From the NCBI GenBank assembly GCA_020184695.1, contig JAANOX010000193.1, positions 23,310 through 87,309 on the forward strand: 64,000 nt of DNA. Direction: 5' to 3'. The translations under genes and the position numbers were made by a program. The notes under the pieces were generated by a model. That model was not told the DNA's origin and did not search any database. It was given only the letters and a program-made list of their open reading frames with translations. The stretch comes from Histomonas meleagridis 2922-C6/04-290x. Lineage: Eukaryota > Protista > Parabasalia. This document shows positions 34,049 through 45,284 of the stretch, in pieces (the stretch's first letter is position 1; each line of letters starts with the position of its first letter).

Positions 34049-35329
34049 TAGGGTGGTGAAAAAGTCCTTGCGTCGGACTTTTTTTCTCTCAAATTTCAAG
34101 TAAATTTTTAAATTATCATTTATTTAGATGTAGTTACCATTGGCCTCTATTACCCTGAAAAGACCCTCCATCCATTCATTGTAAACATTTTCTAGGGTTG
34201 TTTTTGGTATTGCATAGAGTATTTCGGATACTTTCTCAAAAAGTTTTTTTTTTTTTTTTTCATCTTCAAATTCATATCCCTGAAGTTGATTTTTGATATA
34301 CCCGAATAGAAAGAAGTCCGATGGTGCAATATCGGGTAAGTAAGGTGGGTGCTCAAGTCTTTAAATGCCTAATTCTTTTAGTTTGTTTGGGACTAAATGT
34401 GGTCGAGCATTGTCCATGTGCAAGAAGTAACCTTTAGTTGAAATCTTTTTTGATAAATCTGATAGAACTGTTTCACTAAAAAAACACGGTTAAATTTCTG
34501 AGCTTTTCCAAGCATTGTGATTGACTTTATGCCCGTAATTGACCAAATCACCGAGATCATGACTGTTTTTGAATCAATTTTCCTTTAAACTCTTTCTGGA
34601 ACCTGTTATTCTTCGTGAATCCACATTGAATTCCTTGGATTTGAAAAATAAATCCAACTTTCATCTTGTGTGAGTACCTTTCTTAGCTTGTTCCCGTCTG
34701 CATTTGAAAGAAATTCAAAAAGTTTAGTGGCCATTTCTTTCCGTGTTTTTTTGTTTTGTGCGGATAAGATATGAGGTATCCATTTAAAATTAACATGCTG
34801 CATGTTTAATTCATAAATCAAAATGAATTTAACAGATTTTTGTCGACATTTAAGTGTTTTGCAATTTTTCTTGTGCTTGCATAGGGGTTTCCTTCAAGGT
34901 ATTTCCTAATTTTGGGAATTAACTCTAATTTTTTTGGTCTCCCAGTTCGGATACGATTAAAAATTGTATGAACACCTTCTTTCATCTTCTGCGTTCGATC
35001 CTGTATTGAACGGAGAGAAATGGCATTGCTTCCATATACATTGTAGATTTCTTGATATGTGGTTCGATTTTGGTAGCCTTTCATCCATAAAAAGTGGATT
35101 ACTGAACGAATTTCGATTTGTAATTCATCCATTTATTGTACGAACGTACATCTCTAACGTACAACTAAACAAAAAATAAATGTATCAAACTGTGTGAACG
35201 ATAATGTTCGTCTTCTAATACATCAATATGAAGCGTATTCCCTAAATTTTAAAACAATATATTTTACTATAATGAAAGAGTCTATATTGACATGAAAAGT
35301 TGACGCGCAAGGACTTTTTCACCACCCTA
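34049..35329 (-). mobile_element. Defective mariner-family DNA transposon
   Basis: Perfect TIRs GGGTGGTGAAAAAGTCCTTGCG at 34051 and 35327, each flanked by TATA. Broken transposase: HTH (35132-34818), TQDESW, HMDNARPH, HPPYLPDIAPSDFFLF. Confidence 0.92.
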
Positions 35330-36226
35330 TATAAAAATTAAAATAAATTCTTGAACTAAGTAAAAATAATATTTGGAATCAAAAATTAACAAAGAATTAA
35401 ATATAAATACAAATGAACAAGCGGGAGAAATTGTTCAAACAGAAATTAAAAATGCAAATTTTCACATTAATAATATTGCAAATAATAAAGTAGAAAAAAA
35501 CATTAATAAACACATTGAGCAATTCATACTATTGTGCAATTGGAATTTAAATAATTATATCAATATTCCGGCAAACATGCAATATGATAATTCAGTAGCA
35601 AACTTCCAATAGAAATAAAGAAATTATAGTTTATAAAAATTGAATTAATTCCTTGATAATAATTGTAAATGCATTCTCTAATTAGAGTTAACTGGTGCAC
35701 CCGTCATGACTATATTAACAGTACGTATCGCAAAAATTAAAAAGTTGAAATAATTTTTTTTATTATGTTTCCATTAAATGAAATTGTATCTAAAGTTACT
35801 ATATGTTAAAATTTAAAAAACAATGTGTATTGATCTTCTTGTAACACTGGGAATATTTTTTAAAAATCTTTTCACTATTATTTTATCGAAAATTTGAACA
35901 AATGTGTATCACATTCTATTTTTATTCATATAAGGTACTTGCCGTCCTTGGATAGGCTTTTATATATATGGAAAAGATCTTTATCAATTCAGAAACAATA
36001 TCGTCTGCGTCATTTCATTCCAGATTCCGATCAGTTTTTTCACGAAACATATTTGAACCAATTAACTGCCGACTGCGTTGTTTCTCATACAATTTTTTTC
36101 AAAAATTCAAGAACACAAACAATTTATAACCGTTATCTCCACACAAATCCAACACATGCCTATGAAAAACTGACTAAATCAAAGCTCTTTAATGGGACAT
36201 TTATTTCATTGGTCACTTCGTATAAA

Positions 36227-39106
36227 ATGAATGAAGATACTGCAAGTATTAATCAAGAACTTCATCTTGATGAAGGATTAGAATTAGAAGATGACTATGA
36301 AAAATGTTCTCCGAAAACGCAAAAATATGTAATTGCCGGAGTAACAATTGCTGTAGTGGTGATCATGTTGATTGTCTTGATGGTTGTTTTAATACCTTCA
36401 AATGATAAGCCTATTTCTAATGACACTAATCAAACTAATTCAATTGCACCAAACCAAACATCTCTGATACCTACAGAAACAAATCAACCCACAATGCCTA
36501 CTCCTACGAATCCTCCTGTACCTACAGAACCCTTACCTACTGATTTAAGCTATATTACACTTGATGCAAATGCAGGCAGTGGTAAGCAAATCAAAAAAGC
36601 TTATGTTCCAGGTCAAATTTTTGATGAATTAACTCATGATTTTTATAGAGAGGGATATAAATTTAATGCTTGGTGTTTTTCATCCTCTTGTGAATCCAAA
36701 GTACTATTTCCATATAAATTTAATGGTAACGTTACATTATATGCAAATTGGACCAAAGCAGACTATAAAAATATAACAATTAGTTTTCATCCATTAGGTG
36801 GAATTGGAACTATGAATCCACTTCATTGTACTTCAGATACATTAATACAAAGTATTCCAAATGGTTATCGTAGGACTCAATATTATTTTTCAGGTTGGTG
36901 TGCTGATCCTGGATTACCTATACCTGTTGTATTTCCACGAAAATTTACAGAAGATATTACATTGTATCCAAGATGGGATCTCCTTTCCAGTGCTGATGGT
37001 AAAATTACATTTGAAAGTAATGGAGGAAATGGAACAACTTTACCAATGGTCTGTTCATTTAACCAACCAGTACAAGAAATATTAAATACATTTACTCCAC
37101 CATCAAATGAATATTATTTTGATGGATTTTCTGAAAAAGACTCAAAACCAAAACTACTTTCAAATGAAGTTAAAAAAGTTACATTTCCATATAACTTTAC
37201 ACGTAATGTAACATTTTTGCCAATATGGACAAAATATGTTTATCATACAGTTACATTTCATTTTAATGATGGCAAACCACAAAACAAATCCCAAAGTTAT
37301 TTAAATGGAACAGAAGTAACTGAATTTACAAAACCTACAAGAGAGAATTATCTATTTGCTGGATGGTTTACATCAGAAGATCTTAAAGATGATAAAAGAA
37401 TAATATTCCCAATTCAAATCACTAAAAGTTTTGATGTTTATGCTAAATGGATTGATTATAAAGTTGTTGGTACAATTACATTTGATTCTAATGGAGGATT
37501 TGGTACAATGCAACAACAATCTTTTCCATATGGAGTAATTATTAATGAATTCATTTCAACATTTCATAATACTGGATATGATTTTAATGGATGGTATTTA
37601 ACTCCAGAATGTACACCTGAATCACTTCTTAAGTTTCCATTTGTTTTCAAGCAATCAATGACTGTTTATGCTTCTTGGAAACTTAATATTCCAGAAGGAA
37701 AATGTTTAGTTGTTTATGACTTAAATGGCGAAGAAGGAAAAATAGAAGGACAATTAGGAACAATTGGTGACAATAACTTTGTATATCTTGAACGACCACC
37801 GAAATTAGTTATGTCTAATAAGAAAGCATTTATTGGATGGTCGACCTCTAAATCAGAAAAATATTTCTTATATTCATATTTCCAACAGTGTACATTAAAT
37901 ACCTGGAAAATCACAAATCAAATATTATGTCTATATGCCCAATGGTCCACAGATTATTATAGTATAACATTTGATCCTCTTGGAGGAGCTGGTAATATAT
38001 CACCACTTTATGTCGACAAACAACTCCATAAAAATTTAGAAGTATATATACCTAATTTCACAATTACAAAGCCTAAAGCACAATTCCGAGGATGGAGTAC
38101 TATTTCAGGTCGATTAACACAATACTCACCATATATGCCTATGCCAAAGAATACAATAAACAGTGACATAACACTATATGGTGATTATATAGAAGAACTA
38201 ATAGTGGATGGTGGAAATAGTGAGAAGTATAAAGGACAAACAATTTGGTTAAAGGGAATCACACCACCATCAAATGAAAGTAATTGGGTATCACTTAAAA
38301 AATATCCGAATTGCAAAACATATCCATGGAAACACGGAGATGATTGGTGGAATGTAGCGAAGGTGGAACCATACGAAGGTGGTTTTGATTCTGATATGTG
38401 TTGGGCAGGCCACGCATCCAATGCACTTCATTGGTTCTGTGACCGTAATAAGAAATATATTGAGAAATATTTCGAGTTATTCCCGGACAAACCAAAACCT
38501 AATATATCATATACTGATATTGACAAAAGTGGAATATTTGATGATATCAAAAAACATTGGATAAACGATGGTAACCAACCAGTCAATGGTTATAACTGGT
38601 TTATCAGAGGCTTATTTGAGGAAGGCGGTGGTTACTTCAAAGATGTATTCCAAGATAAAGTTATAATCGATGTAACAGAGGGATCAGTAAGTTATGTAAC
38701 ACGAAAAGAATTTAACGAGTTTATTACAAACGCATTTGAAAAAGGAATATTCGTTGGTTGGGCAGTGGACTATGGTACAATCGCTCCACATGCACTAACT
38801 ATTTATGGCGTTAAATATGATGATGATGGATGGATAAGGAAAGTTTACTTTGTCGATAGTAATTCGAAAGGATTCCCAACAAGTGATGGCCGTTTTGCAG
38901 GAATGTGGGAGGGCAATATTATATATTACGATTTGGACATCCCAGATACTTGGAATAGAGATAAGGAAATGTATCCAAATAAGAAACCTATTGCACATAT
39001 GAAATATTGCTTTGATAAATGGGATGTCGTTCGAATGTTGGATTCATTTTACTTAGGACAAGACGTTTGGGAAGAATTCCTTCAAAAGAATCAACCAAAG
39101 AAATAA
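36227..39106 (+). CDS. Type II membrane protein with 7 Listeria-Bacteroides (Flg_new/InlB-B) repeats and a C-terminal IdeS/Mac-1-like cysteine protease
   Basis: ATG 36227 follows an Inr-like TCACTT. TM helix YVIAGVTIAVVVIMLIVLMVVLI; Pro/Thr stalk; repeats of type TFDxNGG...F.GW...LYAxW; DSDMCWAGHASNALHWF, HALTIYG, YFVDS. Confidence 0.8.
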   Translation: MNEDTASINQELHLDEGLELEDDYEKCSPKTQKYVIAGVTIAVVVIMLIVLMVVLIPSNDKPISNDTNQTNSIAPNQTSLIPTETNQPTMPTPTNPPVPTEPLPTDLSYITLDANAGSGKQIKKAYVPGQIFDELTHDFYREGYKFNAWCFSSSCESKVLFPYKFNGNVTLYANWTKADYKNITISFHPLGGIGTMNPLHCTSDTLIQSIPNGYRRTQYYFSGWCADPGLPIPVVFPRKFTEDITLYPRWDLLSSADGKITFESNGGNGTTLPMVCSFNQPVQEILNTFTPPSNEYYFDGFSEKDSKPKLLSNEVKKVTFPYNFTRNVTFLPIWTKYVYHTVTFHFNDGKPQNKSQSYLNGTEVTEFTKPTRENYLFAGWFTSEDLKDDKRIIFPIQITKSFDVYAKWIDYKVVGTITFDSNGGFGTMQQQSFPYGVIINEFISTFHNTGYDFNGWYLTPECTPESLLKFPFVFKQSMTVYASWKLNIPEGKCLVVYDLNGEEGKIEGQLGTIGDNNFVYLERPPKLVMSNKKAFIGWSTSKSEKYFLYSYFQQCTLNTWKITNQILCLYAQWSTDYYSITFDPLGGAGNISPLYVDKQLHKNLEVYIPNFTITKPKAQFRGWSTISGRLTQYSPYMPMPKNTINSDITLYGDYIEELIVDGGNSEKYKGQTIWLKGITPPSNESNWVSLKKYPNCKTYPWKHGDDWWNVAKVEPYEGGFDSDMCWAGHASNALHWFCDRNKKYIEKYFELFPDKPKPNISYTDIDKSGIFDDIKKHWINDGNQPVNGYNWFIRGLFEEGGGYFKDVFQDKVIIDVTEGSVSYVTRKEFNEFITNAFEKGIFVGWAVDYGTIAPHALTIYGVKYDDDGWIRKVYFVDSNSKGFPTSDGRFAGMWEGNIIYYDLDIPDTWNRDKEMYPNKKPIAHMKYCFDKWDVVRMLDSFYLGQDVWEEFLQKNQPKK

Positions 39107-40099
39107 AATACCCATTTTTACATTTTATTTGATAGGGTTTGAATCAAACATAGTTTGTTATTATTTGTGAATAAAATGATCGGCAGGAAATTGAATGCAT
39201 TGAATATTTTACCACAAATCCGAAAAATCAGATAAAAATAAACTGAAATAATTGAATCCATTTTTTGTTGTATTTTTGCTGAGTTAATATCTATGTTTCT
39301 TTTGCATATAATTTGAATAAATCAAACAGATATTTTGTAAATAATATTTAGATGTTATGTGTCACTGAAATAATAAAAAATCAAAAAAAAAATTTTGCGC
39401 ATCGATCAGATCGGCAACACATAAACATGCATTTTGAACTATATTCAAAAGTTAGAATATACTGATGCCTGCTGTGTTAAATATCATATTAAATTCAGAT
39501 CCATATTTTTGACGTATTTTTCATTCAATTTAAACAAAGAATAACTCAACACACAATGATATTTTATATTAAAATTATTTTCAAAAACTACATCATGAGC
39601 ACAATCAATTGATATATTGAAAATATGAATTTCTTCAAAAACGTGAAAAAGTGATTAATCATTTCGACTTTTTTCTGACAAAAAACAAATTGAAATAAAA
39701 ATCGTTTTATTCCAATGTTATAGGTATTGTACGAGTTTTAATATTTTTGCATTTATTTACTCACTCATTTTCTGGGAAGACAGAATCATAAGGTCTAGGA
39801 AAACCGGAAAGTGACAAATTGGGTAGTAAACTTTTTTGACTATGTTTGTTTGAATCTTTTCCTTAATTAGACAATGATTTCATTGAGTTATTGATTTTCT
39901 ATGCTAGTCCATGTTTTCTTTGATTTATTATTCATGATAATTAAGAGATGAAGCGTAAACAATAATTGTCATTTATTCTTTCGCAAAAAATAGTGTAAAA
40001 AAATATACCATTTTTTCAATGATTCTTTTTGAAAAAGTTGACTTTTTCTGATGAATTAATCATAATTTCATAGAACACATCAAACTTATGACTTCACAT

Positions 40100-41320
40100 T
40101 CGTGATTTTTCAGAATTTTTTATTGTTTAATTAATTCCCAAGATTCCTCGATATTTTCTTGAGAAATTCTGAGCCATGATTCAACAAGAATTTCAATTGA
40201 TACTTGATATGTTATGTTTTATGTTTGGTTCTTGAAAGCCAAATGCTCAAATTTATTTCGAGTTCTTGATTTAAGTTCCCCAAATACCTTAACATCAAGA
40301 GATTGATATTTTGATGTTCCCTCGGCTGGAACAGATATTATCTCAATTTGAAGCTCTTGAGCTTTCAACTTAACATTTTCTGCTTGATGAGCAGGAAAAA
40401 TGTCCCAAACTATAGCACATGGTTCACCATTGGCTTCATTATGAATCCATTATAAATAGGAAATCAGAATATCATCATTAGCCCATTTACGTTCAGTATG
40501 GGTAAAAATCAAATTTTCGTTTGATTTCTCAAATTCTTCTCGGACATATTCGTTTTGCCTTTGGCAATAATCCGAAGCGGCAACTTTGACCCATTTGCAT
40601 TAATTGTTGCGATGGCCGTCAAAGTTAATTTCTCGTTTCGGATTGATTGGATTTTAATCGTTGGCACTCCAATCTTGTGTAATACTTTTGCTGGGGTGTT
40701 CGAAATTTTCCAACATGTTTCATCCATGTGTTAAATTCTTTCTTTCGGATATTTCTGATATATTAATTTCAGCTTATCTTGGAAGATTTGAACATATTCA
40801 TTATTAATATTCGTTCGCCTTTCCGCATGTGGTTTCCGATATGATGTATTATTGCGCGCCATGAAATCGCTTATAAATGTAGTAGACGCGCAAAATCGTT
40901 CATATTTTGGATTACCACTTAATGAAAACTCATTGAGAGCTTTCATCTTAAGTGATAATGTCGTAGGTCCAAAATTAAAGTCGGCTTGTTGATTAATTTC
41001 TTCTGCCATACTCGCTTCGGTTTCTTTCGTAAATACTTTACGATTTGGATGCCCTTCGCAATTTGGAAACCATTCTTTATTTTTTATCCTTTTCTGGTGC
41101 CAATAACTGAGTGTTGATTTAGGAATGCCAGTGGCTTCTTGAATTCGAGTTAATGAACCACGTGGCAATTCCGATTCAGTTCAAATATTCAAAACGGGTT
41201 GAATATCTTTTGGCGCGTAGGTATCGTGGCGATTGGATTTCATCTTCTTGAGTTTATTCAGTTTTTCTTCCATTTCCTTAATAAAGCTTTTTGGTTCTTC
41301 GTCGAATATCATTAAAAAAA
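40100..41320 (-). mobile_element. Degenerate pogo/Tigger-like (CENP-B HTH plus DDE_1) transposase
   Basis: HTH-like 41168-40731; MDET..(40727) ..GSKLPLRIIAKGKT; further downstream VWDIFPAHQ and VPAEGTSKYQSLDVKVFGELK; stops and frameshifts; ends unresolved. Confidence 0.8.
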
Positions 41321-42760
41321 GTGATTTTGGCGCCAAAAAAATGTAAGTGAATACAATTTATTATAACATTTTTATTAATTAATGCAAATCTAAGATTATT
41401 AATCTTTGAATCTTTCGCAACAATTAAATGTAAATATGAAAAAATTACCACAAAAAATTTAAATATCAGAGAAATTATTTTTATTGATAAATAGAGTTCA
41501 ACAAATGAAAATTTAAGATTTTCATATGTAAAAAGCCAAAAATAAAATTTTTTTAATAAAATATTTTTTTTGTAAATTCAACAATTTCATGATAATCGCT
41601 GCTTTGGCGCAAAATTGTGAATTTCCTGTAGCTAATTACTGTCGCACTTTGAGTTTCTAAAAACACAATTTTTTGGAATTATTGAAATTATAAAACATGA
41701 ACGTTATCGATCTCAAACTGAGATTTGGGATTCGAGCCTTAACTAATAGTTTTCGAGTTTCGAAAACAAGAAGAACGTCATGACAATAATAAAATGAAGT
41801 GAAAATATTATTTATGAATAATTTTCTTCACAAAAGTAACGGTTTGATTCACAATTGAATGGCTGTTTCAATTTTAACTCAATTTTATGCCAAAAATAAA
41901 ATGTTCCATATTTTTTTGTTGTAAATTTTACAACAAAGACTCTCAATTTTTGTATCGTATGTACGAATAAAAGGTATTTATAAAATCTGATAATAATTAT
42001 GAAATATTGCAAAATTTATTTATATTTGATTATTGAAATATAAAAAATTAAAGCACCTTTGATAACAATTAAAAAATTTTAATCCATATATTGATGTTTC
42101 TATTCAAAGGAATGAAGAGGATCAATTCCGCGTTCAAAAACAAGATAAATCTGCTGGTACATAACTAACAGAATCAACAAGAATATATTCAAATGATCAG
42201 ATTATTAACTATATCAACAAATCAATGGATTAACACAGAAAATTAATGAGTCCCATGAAAACGGAATTCAAAGTTTAATTGAAGATTTAATTAATGAAAA
42301 AAATCAACCAAATCTTGTGAATATTCACAAGAAAAAGAATTCACATCAAATAGCTTGGAATTGATGTGAATGAATTCGTATGTGTTAATTTGTAAACAAT
42401 TTTAGATACTTACATAAACATTAACCTTTTTTTTTTTTTTTGCAAATTAATGAAAAATGTAACTAAATAAAATGTGATGTAAACGTATATATAAACGGTT
42501 GAGATCAGAGTACCCTATTTTATTACAATCAAAAGTGTCAACATTTTATAGGTAATTATTTCAACAAAGAATTGCTTGGATAATACAAAAACAGCATTAA
42601 ATTACCAAAAAGTATCGCGGTTTTCTTCAGTTTCTCCCCAACCATAAAGGATTATATAATCCATACAGATAAATCATTGTTTTAAATATAAATAAGTTAT
42701 TTAAAAATTACTTTAATTACGAACAATTAACAGTGAAGCTTTTTCAAATTGTTGTTTACT

Positions 42761-45284
42761 TTAAATTTCTTTATTTTTGATGTCATTTGCTTTCATATTT
42801 AGAAGTCCACATATTTCTGCATAACCATATTTAGCTGCAATAATATGTGTATTAAATAAATTAAATAATTTCCAAACATTACTGAAAAATATCAAATTAT
42901 TAAAATAAAAATTTACTCAAACAAATAAATATCTTTAGCATTAATATCAATTCCTTTTTGTTCAAGAAGTAATTTGACTATTTCTGTGTAACCTTTTTCA
43001 GATGCTTTCATAAGTGCTGTTCTAAATAATTTAAATAATTTCCAAATATTATTTTGAAATAGAAAATTATTAAAATAAAAATTTACTAAAACAAATAAAT
43101 ATCTTTAGCATTAATATCAATTCCTTTTTGTGCAAGAAGTAATTTTGCTATTTCTATGTAATTATAGTTGGTTACTTCAATAAGTGGTGTTACAAATATA
43201 ATAAATAATTTCCAAATATTTTATTGAAATTCCATATTAATAAAATAAATGTCAGGTAAAGCAAATGAAAATTTTTAGTATTGATATCAGTTTTATCTTG
43301 TTCAAGAAGTAATTGAACTATTTCTGTATAATTACAATCAGATGCCCAAATAAGTGCTGTATTGAATATTTTAAATAATTTCCGAATACTTTCATAAAAC
43401 ATCAAAATTTTAAGGAAAATATCAAATAAAACAAATAAATATCTTTAGCATTAATATCAATTCCTTCTTGTTCAAGAAGTAATTTAACTATTTCTGTATG
43501 ACCTTCTGAAGATGCTAAAATAAGTGCTGTGATAAATATTTCAACTGATTTCCAAATATTATTTTGAAATATCGAATTATTAAAATAAATATTAAATAAA
43601 ACAAATAAATATCTTTGGCATTAATATCAATTCCTTCTTGTTCCAAAAGTAATTGAACTATTTCTGTATGGCCATTTTCAGATGCTAAAATAAGTGCTGT
43701 TTTGAATATTTGAAATAATTTCCAAATATTATTTTGAAATATCAAATTACCAAAACAAATATTAAATAAAACAAATAAATATCTTTAGCATTAATATCTA
43801 TACTTTCTTGTTCAAGAAGTAATTTGACTATTTCTATATGTCCTTCTCTAGATGCTAAAATAAGTGCTGTATAAAATCATATAAATAATTTCCAAATATT
43901 ATTTTGAAATATTAAATTATTAAAATAAATTTTAAATAAAACAAATAAATATCTCTAGCATTAATATCAATTCCTTTTTGTGCAAGAAGTAATTGAACTA
44001 TTTCTGTATTACCTTTTTCTATTGATGAAATAAGTGCTTTGCTAAATATTTTTTACAAATTATGAATATTATTTATAAATTTCAAAATAAAATAAATATC
44101 AAATAAAGTAAATAAATATTAGCATTAATATCAAATCCTTTTTGTTCAAGAAGTAGTTTAATTATTTTAACATTTCCAAAATAAAATACTTTATTAAATG
44201 CCGTTTTAAATAATTAAAATAATTTCCAAATATTATGTTAAATTATCAAATCATTAAAATAAATTTTAATTAAATTAATTAAACATCTTTGGCATTAACA
44301 TCAATACCATTTTGTTCAAGAAGCAATTTAACGATTTCTATATGACCGTTTTGTGATGCATTCATAAGTGCTGTCCAAAATAATTTGAAAAATTTCCAAA
44401 TATTATATTAAATTATCAAATCATTGAAATAAATATTAAAATAAACAAATAAATATCTTTAGCATTAATATCAATTCCTTTTTGTTCAAGAAGTAATTTA
44501 ACTATTTCTGTATGACCATTTTCAGATGCTAAAATAAGTGCTGTTCTAAATAATTTAAATAATTTCCAAATATTATTTTGAAATATCAAATTACCAAAAC
44601 AAATATTAAATAAAACAAATAAATATCTTTAGCATTAATATCAATTCCTTTTTGTTCAAGAAGTAATTGAACTATGTCTTCATATCCATTTTGAGATGCG
44701 TAAATAAGTGCTGTTTTAAAAAATTTAAATAATTTCCAAATATTATTTTGAAATATCAAATTATTAAAATAAATTATAAATAAAGCAAATAAATATTTTT
44801 AGCATTAATATCAATTCCTTCTTGTTCAAGAAGTAATTTAACTATTTCTGTTTTACATTTGTATATTGCTAAACGTAATGCATCATTAAATGGTTTCGAT
44901 AAATTTTATACATTATTTGAGAATGATAAATAAAATAAATAAATATTCATATCTTTTATGCCATCTCCTTCTTTTTCAAGAAGTAATTTAACTATTTCTG
45001 TATGACCTTTTTGAGATGCATACATAAGTGGTGAATAAAATAATTTAAATAATTTCCAAATATTATTTTGAAATATCAAATTATTATAATAAATATCAAA
45101 TAAAACAAATAAATATCTTTAGCATTAATATCAATTCCTTCTTGTTCCAAAAGTAATTTAACTATTTCTGTACGACCTTTACAAGATGCTAAAATAAGTA
45201 GTGTTTTAAATAATTAAAATAATTTCCAAATTTTATTTTGAAATTCTAAATGATTAAAAAAAAATTTAAATAAAACAAATAAAT
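42761..45284 (-). repeat. 170-bp tandem array (90-nt ankyrin module plus 80-nt AT spacer)
   Basis: ATCTTTAGCA-like anchor recurs at 42931, 43101, 43271, 43441, 43611, 43781, 43951 and at 44285, 44455, 44625, 44795, 45115, 45285. Confidence 0.95.

Noticed and set aside
39781-41670. Possible TIRs of the pogo-like element (39790-39825 versus 41625-41665)
   Set aside because: Only weak, gapped similarity in AT-rich DNA.
42761-45284. Using the ACAG of ACA GCA as a 3' splice site (AT-AG or AT-AC intron), or GT-AG on the antisense strand
   Set aside because: The AG is only the Thr-Ala codon junction and is lost in several modules (ACAC, TCAC, ACGG, GATG). The sense product would delete the conserved Asp and Thr, and the antisense excision is out of frame.
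42761-45284. CRISPR-like array
   Set aside because: The context is eukaryotic, the variable parts are homologous ankyrin codons rather than unique spacers, and there are no cas genes.
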